A stretch of DNA of 32,000 nt from Faecalibaculum rodentium (GTDB lineage Bacteria; Bacillota_I; Bacilli_A; Erysipelotrichales; Erysipelotrichaceae): contig NZ_CP011391.1 in the NCBI RefSeq assembly GCF_001564455.1, forward strand, positions 2,490,001-2,522,000, read 5' to 3'. Positions 24,428 through 31,077 of this stretch are shown in pieces. Positions within the stretch are counted from its first letter, which is position 1. Every line of letters starts with the position of its first letter. The notes below the pieces were generated by a model. That model saw only the letters and a list, made by a program, of their open reading frames with translations. It was not told the DNA's origin and searched no databases. Both the position numbers and the translations under genes were made by a program.

Positions 24428-24974
24428 AATCAGAGGGCATCTGCATACCATCAATGCCCACAAGCTGCTCGTGACAAAACTCTGCTTTGCGTGCGGGCTG
24501 TACCGGCAGGGACTCCTGCACGATCTCTCGAAATACAGTCCCCTGGAGCTCCGGACCGGGTTCCGGTACTTCCAGGGATACCGTTCACCGATCGAGGCAC
24601 AGAAGGAACACGAAGGCTATTCCTTTTCCTGGCTCCATCACAAAGGGCGCAACCCGCACCACTGGGAGTACTGGATCGACAACGGTTCTCAGGGTGTGCA
24701 TCCGGTGAAAATGGAACGGCGGTATGTGGCGGAAATGTTCTGCGACCGCGTGGCCGCCAGCATGATTTACCAGAAAGAGAAATATACCGACCGGTCAGCC
24801 CTCAACTACTATCTGGCGGCAAAAGACCACATGATGATGCATCCGGAGACGGCCAGGGACCTGGAGTATCTGCTGGACTACCTTGCCCGGCATGGACTGG
24901 CCAATGCGCTGAATTTCATCCGCCGGGTCTATCTCCCATCCGGACTGGATGCCCGGGATGGCAAAACGGTCTGA
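24411..24974 (+). CDS. DUF5662-family protein (His-rich, predicted metal-binding; function unknown)
   Basis: From ATG 24411 (MKKLDKIRGHLHTINAHKLLV), 9 nt after AGGAGG. The motifs HDLSKYSP, YSFSWLHHKGRNPHHWEYWID match my recollection of DUF5662. It overlaps the MscS 3' end by 17 nt. Confidence 0.7.
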   Translation: MKKLDKIRGHLHTINAHKLLVTKLCFACGLYRQGLLHDLSKYSPLELRTGFRYFQGYRSPIEAQKEHEGYSFSWLHHKGRNPHHWEYWIDNGSQGVHPVKMERRYVAEMFCDRVAASMIYQKEKYTDRSALNYYLAAKDHMMMHPETARDLEYLLDYLARHGLANALNFIRRVYLPSGLDARDGKTV

Positions 24975-25090
24975 GTCATTCTGTGAAAGTCTGCCCGTTC
25001 ATATGAACCGCGATGGGTATTTTGGACAGAGACTTTCGCCCGGCGCCTCCCGGTTTCTGCCTGTCTTCACAGTGATTCTGGAGACAAGAT

Positions 25091-25132
25091 ACAGCCGGAG
25101 CTGTACAGGATGGTCTGTGCAGCTCCGGCTGT
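25091..25132. terminator. Strong GC-rich hairpin between convergent DUF5662 and glmS genes (probable terminator, poor U-tract)
   Basis: 18-nt arms ACAGCCGGAGCTGTACAG and CTGTGCAGCTCCGGCTGT with a 6-nt loop and a single G-U position. It is flanked by tccgttt on the plus strand and atcttgt on the minus strand. Confidence 0.5.
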
Positions 25133-25205
25133 TCCGTTTCCCGCGGCAGACTGACAGCCAGGGACAGGTCCTTCTGTCAGCCAGTGCCGGAATCATTCTG
25201 TGAAT

Positions 25206-27017
25206 CTATTCCACCGTCACGCTCTTGGCCAGATTGCGCGGTTTGTCCACATCGCATCCTTTGTTCACCGCAGCCTCGAAAGCGAGTTTCTGCAGCAGGA
25301 TGGTGACGGGAATGACCGCCAGGTGAGGATGCACATCGGGAATCCGCAGAACCTGCGAAAAGCCGTCTGCAGTTTCGGATGGCCCGGTGATCAGGGTCAC
25401 ATCTGCGCCCCTGGCCATGGTCTCCTGAATGTTGGAAATCGTCTTCCCGGCAACCTCAGGCTGTGTGGCAAGTGCAATCACCACCGTTCCTTCTTCGATC
25501 AGGGCAATGGGACCATGCTTGAGTTCCCCGGCATAATAGGCATCCGCATGAATGTAGGAGATCTCCTTGAGCTTCAGAGCTCCTTCCAGCACACTCACAT
25601 AATCCAGCTGGCGGCCAATGAAATAGGCATCCCGCAGATTCGTCAGGGAATCCGCTGCGTGACTGATTTCCGGTGTTTCCATATCCAGCATCTTCTGCGC
25701 CGCCTCCGGCATATGCGCCAGATCCTGCAGGAACCGGGTGCGGTCGGGTACATCAGCCCCATACAGATCCGCCAGCTTCAGGACCATGGCAGCAAGCAGG
25801 ACCAGCTGTGTGGTATAGGCCTTGGTGCTTGCCACTGCGATTTCCGGTCCGGCACAAGTATAGAGTGCCGCATCGGACTGCCTGGCAAGACTGGATCCCA
25901 GGACATTGGTGATGGAGACACAGGGAGCGCCGGCTTTTTTTGCTTCCTTCAGCGCCGCAAGCGTATCTGCTGTTTCGCCGGACTGAGAGACGAAGATACA
26001 CAGCGTGTCCGGGCCCAGAGGATAGTGTCCGTATCGGAATTCACTGGCGGGAATGCAGAAACAGGGAACGGGAATCCAGGTGCGGAACAGATACTGTGCA
26101 TACAGACCGGCGTGCCAGGCTGTGCCGCAGGCAATAAAATACACTGCCTTCATGTCCTTCATATCCAGAAACCCGAGTTCCGGAAAAATCACATCTTCAC
26201 CGGAGATCCTGCCCCGGAGCGTTTCAGACAGCACATAGGGCTGTTCATGCATTTCCTTCTCCATGAACGTATCATAGCCGCCTTTCTGCGCAGCCTGCAC
26301 GTCGTACTCCACAGTCATCCATACAGGATTGGCCGGTCTTCCGTCGAAATCATACAGCTGGATCTCTCCCGGCTGCAGAACCGCGATCTGCCGGTCTTCC
26401 ATGGCCACGATTTCACGGGTATATTCCAGCAGTGCCGGGATGTCACTCGCACAGAACGCCGCATCCGCGCTTTTTCCCAGAACCATCGGGGAGTCCTTTC
26501 TGGCGGTATAGACCGTGTCGGGAAAATCCGTGCAGACCACACACAGGGCAAAACTGCCTTCCAGATACCGCACCGTGTTCCGGATGGCTTCCAGCATATC
26601 CCCCTTGTAGTAGTAATCCAGCATGTGCACAATGACTTCGCTGTCTGTCTGGGAATGAAACCGGTAGCCTGTGTCCTCCAGAAAACTCCGGATGGCCTGA
26701 TGGTTTTCAATGATGCCATTGTGGACAATGGCAATGGTCTCTGTCTCATTCGTATGGGGATGGGAATTCAGATTGCTGGGGATGCCGTGTGTCGCCCATC
26801 GCGTATGACCGATCCCGGCTGTCTGCGGCCAGCAGCCGCCTTCCATCGACGCCTTCAGCGTCGCCAGGCGTCCCCTGGCTTTTACTGTCGTCAGGCCCTG
26901 GGATCCGACAAGGGTCACACCCGCGGAATCATATCCGCGGTATTCGAGTTTTTCCAGCCCCTGCATCAGAAAGGGCAGAGCCGGAGTGGTGCCTGCAAAT
27001 GCAGTGATTCCACACAT
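25206..27017 (-). CDS. glmS: Glutamine--fructose-6-phosphate aminotransferase (isomerizing)
   Basis: 603 aa from ATG 27017, giving MCGI (Cys2 nucleophile) 7 nt after GGAGG. It has two SIS domains (SQSGETADT) and the canonical C-terminal end ...KPRNLAKSVTVE. Confidence 0.97.
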   Translation of the reverse strand: MCGITAFAGTTPALPFLMQGLEKLEYRGYDSAGVTLVGSQGLTTVKARGRLATLKASMEGGCWPQTAGIGHTRWATHGIPSNLNSHPHTNETETIAIVHNGIIENHQAIRSFLEDTGYRFHSQTDSEVIVHMLDYYYKGDMLEAIRNTVRYLEGSFALCVVCTDFPDTVYTARKDSPMVLGKSADAAFCASDIPALLEYTREIVAMEDRQIAVLQPGEIQLYDFDGRPANPVWMTVEYDVQAAQKGGYDTFMEKEMHEQPYVLSETLRGRISGEDVIFPELGFLDMKDMKAVYFIACGTAWHAGLYAQYLFRTWIPVPCFCIPASEFRYGHYPLGPDTLCIFVSQSGETADTLAALKEAKKAGAPCVSITNVLGSSLARQSDAALYTCAGPEIAVASTKAYTTQLVLLAAMVLKLADLYGADVPDRTRFLQDLAHMPEAAQKMLDMETPEISHAADSLTNLRDAYFIGRQLDYVSVLEGALKLKEISYIHADAYYAGELKHGPIALIEEGTVVIALATQPEVAGKTISNIQETMARGADVTLITGPSETADGFSQVLRIPDVHPHLAVIPVTILLQKLAFEAAVNKGCDVDKPRNLAKSVTVE

Positions 27018-27044
27018 AAAAAAACCTCCATTCATCATGGAGGG

Positions 27045-27180
27045 TACGGACAGCAGGTCTGTTCAGCTCTCGCGGGCTGGTTTTGTCTGCTGCCTCAGGC
27101 TGTACCTGGCCTCCAGGTCATCCGCCGAATCTTTCGATCAACCTGGTCCTCGTCAACTGCCGAAGCAGTCCTGGCGCTTG
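27045..27180 (-). ncRNA. glmS ribozyme: glmS ribozyme (GlcN6P-dependent self-cleaving riboswitch)
   Basis: Minus strand reads A-GCGCCAGGACUGCUUCGGCAGUUGACGAGGACCAGGUUGAUCGAAAGAUUCGGCGGAUGACCUGGAGGCC.... This matches the conserved core as I remember it from Bacillus (AGCGCC...GACGAGGA...AUCGAA...UCGGCGGAUG). It has the P1 hairpin ACUG-CUUCGG-CAGU, P2 CCAGGU/ACCUGG and P4-type stems CAGCAG/CUGCUG and CAGC/GCUG. It sits directly 5' of glmS. Confidence 0.85.
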
Positions 27181-27207
27181 TTCACATCTGACTCCATGAA
27201 TGGAATC

Positions 27208-27236
27208 ACTATACAGAAAATTAATGGATTTCTCAA
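27208..27236 (-). promoter_or_regulatory. Sigma-A type promoter driving the glmS ribozyme and glmS
   Basis: Minus strand reads TTGAGA (27236..27231), a 17-nt spacer, then TATAGT (27213..27208), about 30 nt upstream of the ribozyme cleavage site. The -35 overlaps the GntR TGA stop codon. Confidence 0.55.
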
Positions 27237-27973
27237 TGACTCTGTCGGGAACTCAAGTCGATGTGGTACCGGTACCTGTCGCCTCTGAAATACGAAATGG
27301 TGTATTCCACCGGATCATTGTGCTGATCATATCCGCTCCGCTGGCGCACCAGCAGCGGTGCCCCTTCCGCGACCCCGAGCTGCCGGGCAATCTCCCCCGT
27401 GGCCAGATCAGAATACAGAATGTCATGGGACATCGCAGGCTGTGCCCCGGTCACGGTTTCATACAGCCTGTACAAAGACCCGCTGTAGGCCTCCCTTTTT
27501 TCCGGAAACCCGAGCGTTCCCGGAATCCAGGTGCGGAAAAACACGATGGGCTCTCCGTCCGCTGTCCGGATCCTGTCCACCCGCAGACACTCCTCCATGG
27601 ACTCAAATGCCTTCTGGACCTGAGCCGGCGGAATTTCCCGCACCACTTCCACATAGGGTGTGTCGATGGCATGTCCCTGCTGCTCGAATTCATCTGTCAG
27701 ACTGATCAGCTGATTCACGTCTTCCTCAATGCCCTTGCGCCAGATGACCTGCGTGCCGCGTCCACGGGAACGCTCCACATAGCCCTCCTGCTCCAGGCTG
27801 GATATGGCCTGCCGGACAGTGATCCGGGAGACACCGTATTCATTCTGAAACGCGATTTCCGCCGGGATGGTTTCATGCCGCGCATAGACTCCGGTTTCAA
27901 TGTCTTTCCGGATGATTTCCTTCAGCTGCATATACAGCGGCTTGGCTCCCCGTCCGAAGTCAAGATTCTTCAT
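27233..27973 (-). CDS. GntR/HutC-family transcriptional regulator with UTRA effector domain
   Basis: 246 aa. The winged HTH is LPAEIAFQNEYGVSRITVRQAISSLEQEGYVERSRGRGTQV. The C-terminal region is UTRA-like. RBS is GGAGAGGAAA. Confidence 0.9.
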   Translation of the reverse strand: MKNLDFGRGAKPLYMQLKEIIRKDIETGVYARHETIPAEIAFQNEYGVSRITVRQAISSLEQEGYVERSRGRGTQVIWRKGIEEDVNQLISLTDEFEQQGHAIDTPYVEVVREIPPAQVQKAFESMEECLRVDRIRTADGEPIVFFRTWIPGTLGFPEKREAYSGSLYRLYETVTGAQPAMSHDILYSDLATGEIARQLGVAEGAPLLVRQRSGYDQHNDPVEYTISYFRGDRYRYHIDLSSRQSH

Positions 27974-28031
27974 AGTTTCCTCTCCTGCATTCCTGTACTG
28001 CCTTTCCGGTATGGCCGGAAGGCAGCCGGAT

Positions 28032-28910
28032 TCATGCTTCTTTCTCTGTCAGCCCGAGCAGGTCCAGAATTCTTGTCAGGTCTTCATCGTTCTCGTAGTG
28101 AATGCTGACGGAGGACCCGCTGATCCGCACACCTGTCTGAAAGAATCCTTCCAGCTTCTTTGCGGCATCCTTCACGAACATATCATCCTCGGGACTGATT
28201 TTTTCCGGCTTCTTCATGTTTTCCTGCCGGACCAGCTGTTCCACTTTGCGGACAGACAGTCCCTGTGATACAGCCATTCTGGCGATCCGCCGCATCTGGT
28301 CCTCGTTTTTCAGAGAAAGCAGTGCGCGAATGTGTCCCATGGACAGTTCTTTGCGGACTGCGTATTCCTGCACATCTTCCGGCAGTCGCAGCAGACGCAG
28401 CGTGTTGGTGATGTGTTCCCGGGACTTTCCAATCCGGTGGGCCAGCTGATCCTGAGTATAGTTCAGGCTCCGGATCATCTGCTGATAGGCTTTTGCTTCC
28501 TCAATGACGTTCAGGTCTTCCCGCTGAATGTTTTCCAGCAGTGCCACTTCCATCATTTCCTGGTCGCTCATTTCCACGATGATGGCTGGGATTTCCTGCA
28601 GACCGGCCATTCTCGTGGCCCGCAGCCGGCGCTCTCCGGCAATCAGGTCATAGCCCTGCACACTCTTCTTCACCAGAACCGGTGTAAACACACCGTGCTG
28701 GCGGATGGACTGCGACAGTTCTTCCAGCGCGGGCTGATCAAACACCTTTCGGGGCTGATAGGGGTTCGGCCGGATTTCGCTGACAGGAATCCGGGTCTGT
28801 TCCTGTACCCGCTCGTCCTGCTGTCCATTCTGGATATCATCCAGAACACGCGTCACGTCACCGCTGAAGATGGCCCCCAGCCCTTTTCCAAGTCCTGTGT
28901 TCTTACTCAT
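28032..28910 (-). CDS. parB: Chromosome partitioning protein ParB/Spo0J
   Basis: From ATG 28910 it reads MSKNTGLGKGLGAIF. It has the ParB box GERRLRA and the HTH LAHRIGKSREHITNTLRLLRL. AGGAGGGA RBS sits inside the parA 3' end, with an 8-nt overlap. Confidence 0.92.
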   Translation of the reverse strand: MSKNTGLGKGLGAIFSGDVTRVLDDIQNGQQDERVQEQTRIPVSEIRPNPYQPRKVFDQPALEELSQSIRQHGVFTPVLVKKSVQGYDLIAGERRLRATRMAGLQEIPAIIVEMSDQEMMEVALLENIQREDLNVIEEAKAYQQMIRSLNYTQDQLAHRIGKSREHITNTLRLLRLPEDVQEYAVRKELSMGHIRALLSLKNEDQMRRIARMAVSQGLSVRKVEQLVRQENMKKPEKISPEDDMFVKDAAKKLEGFFQTGVRISGSSVSIHYENDEDLTRILDLLGLTEKEA

Positions 28911-29688
28911 GGGATCCCTCCTGTCGTGCACGTTCCAGGATTTCCTCTGTCAGAGCCTGATATTTCTGGGCCCCGGTGCAGCGCGGGTCGTACTGGAAAA
29001 TCGACAGCCCCCGGCTGGGCGCTTCCGAAAGACGCACATTTCTCGGGATGGAGGTCTGATAGACCAGCCGCCCGAATGTCTGCCTGACCTCCTGTGCCAC
29101 TTCCACAGACAGCCTGGTCCGGATATCGTACATGGTCATGAGAATGCCCTCGATCCGGAGTCCTGGATTGGATGTGTGCTGCACAAGCCGGATCGTGATG
29201 AGCAGCTGGGTGATTCCTTCCAGCGCATAGTATTCACACTGAACCGGGATCAGGACTGTGTCGGCTGCCGTCAGCGCATTGGTATTCAGCAGCCCGAGGG
29301 ACGGGGGACAGTCGATGAGTATGTAGTCATACTGATCCCGCAAAGGCTCCAGGGCCCTGGACAGCAGCTGTTCCTTCCCGGCTCCCTGTTTGTCCATCTC
29401 CAGGTCCGCACCGGCCAGAGCCAGATTGGCGGGGAGAATGTCAAACCCGTTTGCCTCGCTTCTTACAACCGCTTCCTGCACCGGCACGCCCTCCATGAGA
29501 ACGGAGTAGACCGTGGGCTGGTCTTCGGTGAAGAACGCCGAGAGTCCCTGGGAGGCGTTGCCCTGGGAATCAAAGTCCACGAGCAGCACTGTCTTGCCGG
29601 CAGCAGAAAGGCCCGCCGCGAGGTTGATGGCTGTCGTGGTTTTTCCCACCCCGCCTTTCTGGTTGGATATTGCCATCACTTTTGCCAT
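28903..29688 (-). CDS. parA: Chromosome partitioning ATPase ParA/Soj
   Basis: 261 aa with the deviant Walker A NQKGGVGKTTT. GGAGGA RBS. The start overlaps the rsmG 3' end by 13 nt. Confidence 0.95.
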   Translation of the reverse strand: MAKVMAISNQKGGVGKTTTAINLAAGLSAAGKTVLLVDFDSQGNASQGLSAFFTEDQPTVYSVLMEGVPVQEAVVRSEANGFDILPANLALAGADLEMDKQGAGKEQLLSRALEPLRDQYDYILIDCPPSLGLLNTNALTAADTVLIPVQCEYYALEGITQLLITIRLVQHTSNPGLRIEGILMTMYDIRTRLSVEVAQEVRQTFGRLVYQTSIPRNVRLSEAPSRGLSIFQYDPRCTGAQKYQALTEEILERARQEGSHE

Positions 29689-30389
29689 GTCGTATCCTCC
29701 AGCGGATGTTTCTTGATCTGACCGAAGTTCCGGGGATAGTCCGCCGGGGTCGGACCCTGCTTTTCAAAATACAGATTGACACGTTCCCCTGCAGACAGGG
29801 ATGTATCGGTTTCCTTCAGCAGCTTCAGATGCAGAGCCTCCAGCGCCGGAGCCGCAGCCCTGAGTTCTGCCGCCGCTCCAGGACCCTTCAGGGCAATGAC
29901 CAGCCCTCCCGGTTTTGCCAGCGGTGCAGTCAGTTCCAGAAGGATCGACAGTCTGGCCACAGCCCGGCTGCAAACCGCATCAAACGCATCGCGGTGTCCT
30001 GCCGCGAACTCTTCCGCGCGCTCCGGGCAGATTTCCAGGTCTTCCAGATGCAGGGCTTCCTTCACGGCTTCCAGAAACCGGCAGCGTTTTTTCAGCGGTT
30101 CCACCAGCGTGACACGGATCTGCGGCCATGTGATTTTCACAGGAATGCCCGGAAACCCTGCTCCGGTGCCCACATCCGCCAGCGTATGGATATCCAGCCC
30201 GGAAAACGGCAGGATGGAATCCAGATAGTGCTTTTCCCAGATCTGTTCCGGGTCGGTGATCGCGGTCAGGTTCATTTTCCTGTTCCACTCGATCAAAAGG
30301 TCTGTATATGTACGAAACTGCTGCATCTGGGCATCATCCAGGAGGATGCCGTTTTCGGCGCAGGCAGTCCGGAATTCGTGTTCGGTCAT
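29676..30389 (-). CDS. rsmG: 16S rRNA (guanine527-N7)-methyltransferase RsmG/GidB
   Basis: 237 aa. SAM motif is DVGTGAGFPGIP and the typical C-terminal region is present. RBS is GAGGGAGA. Confidence 0.93.
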   Translation of the reverse strand: MTEHEFRTACAENGILLDDAQMQQFRTYTDLLIEWNRKMNLTAITDPEQIWEKHYLDSILPFSGLDIHTLADVGTGAGFPGIPVKITWPQIRVTLVEPLKKRCRFLEAVKEALHLEDLEICPERAEEFAAGHRDAFDAVCSRAVARLSILLELTAPLAKPGGLVIALKGPGAAAELRAAAPALEALHLKLLKETDTSLSAGERVNLYFEKQGPTPADYPRNFGQIKKHPLEDTTWQK

Positions 30390-30418
30390 TGACGAAATCT
30401 CCCTCTTCTGTACCCGCC

Positions 30419-30427
30419 ATTATAGCA
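30419..30427 (-). promoter_or_regulatory. Extended -10 promoter element for rsmG-parA-parB
   Basis: Minus strand reads TGcTATAAT (30427..30419), about 30 nt upstream of the rsmG ATG. The -35 is weak. Confidence 0.4.
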
Positions 30428-30430
30428 CAT

Positions 30431-30444
30431 TGATATGATACAAT
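30431..30444 (+). promoter_or_regulatory. Extended -10 promoter element(s) directly upstream of the DUF4230 gene
   Basis: TGaTATGAT (30431..30439) overlaps TACAAT (30439..30444). The ATG at 30451 follows with no SD-like sequence in between (tacgcc). Confidence 0.4.
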
Positions 30445-30450
30445 TACGCC

Positions 30451-31077
30451 ATGAAAAAAATGACAAGTCTGCTGGCAGCGCTGCTCATCGGCGTGATTGC
30501 CGGCGCATTTCTGTTCTTTGGAGCCGTCAATCTCAACATTGTGCAGTCCGAGCCGGAGGTCACAGGGAAAGTGGTCCTGCGGGAACTGGAATCTGCCAGC
30601 AGTCTGATCTCGACCAGGTACAATTACAGCAAAGTGGGAAAATACGAAAACTCCCTGGAAATCAACGGCTGGAACATTCCCCTGACAGACAAGTTCTTCA
30701 TCCTGACCTACGATGGAGAGGCTCTGCTGGGATGCGATCTGGAGACCGCTGAAGTGGATGTGAACAAAGGCGCCCAGGTGATCACCGTGACGCTGGACCC
30801 TGTGAAAATCCTGTCGAACACCATCGACGAGAAGAGCATCGAAGTCTATGATGAATCGAAAAACATTTTCAATCCCATCAGCGTGAATGATTACAAGGTA
30901 TTCGCACAGAAACAGAAAGAAGCGGTGGAGGATGAAATCCGAAGCAAGCCTGTGTTCGAGGAAGCCTCTGCAAATACCGTGGAAGCCGTGACCAAAATTC
31001 TCGGTCTGACGGACGGGATCCGGGATACCTACACAGTGAAAGTTGAATTCAGGGAAGGCGCCGGAGGGGACTCGTGA
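30451..31077 (+). CDS. DUF4230 domain-containing membrane-anchored protein
   Basis: 208 aa. N-terminal TM is LLAALLIGVIAGAFLFFGAV. The body (ELESASSLISTRYNYSKV...FILTYDGEALLGCDLETAEVDV) matches my recollection of the DUF4230 pattern. Confidence 0.78.
   Translation: MKKMTSLLAALLIGVIAGAFLFFGAVNLNIVQSEPEVTGKVVLRELESASSLISTRYNYSKVGKYENSLEINGWNIPLTDKFFILTYDGEALLGCDLETAEVDVNKGAQVITVTLDPVKILSNTIDEKSIEVYDESKNIFNPISVNDYKVFAQKQKEAVEDEIRSKPVFEEASANTVEAVTKILGLTDGIRDTYTVKVEFREGAGGDS

Noticed and set aside
24976-25204. 12-bp direct repeat TCATTCTGTGAA (24976..24987 and 25193..25204) bracketing the whole DUF5662-glmS intergenic region; possible target-site duplication of a MITE-like insertion
   Set aside because: I found no terminal inverted repeats just inside the direct repeats. 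A single 12-mer match within about 200 bp is not clearly beyond chance in 32 kb. A genome-wide copy search would be needed before calling it a mobile element.
25200-27191. 663-aa plus-strand ORF, plus similar very long ORFs at 4462..5883, 15426..16877, 8016..8975, 8881..9939, 9960..11012, 14139..15146, 13301..14065, 20967..21719, 23366..24085 and 31029..31841
   Set aside because: Each lies antisense to a gene with unmistakable conserved motifs (glmS, ABC transporter, glmU and the coiled-coil gene, map, prmC, prfA, prs, tatD, amidase, MscS, terminal ORF). Their translations are low-complexity R/G/P/H-rich strings without SD-supported starts. These are typical shadow ORFs of GC-rich coding DNA.
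27974-30450. Search for a parS site (TGTTNCACGTGAAACA) in and around parB/parA/rsmG
   Set aside because: By eye I found only unrelated half-site fragments (for example CGTGAAAT at about 9433 and ATGAAACA at about 23387). Absence cannot be asserted without a computational scan, so it is not reported as a feature.
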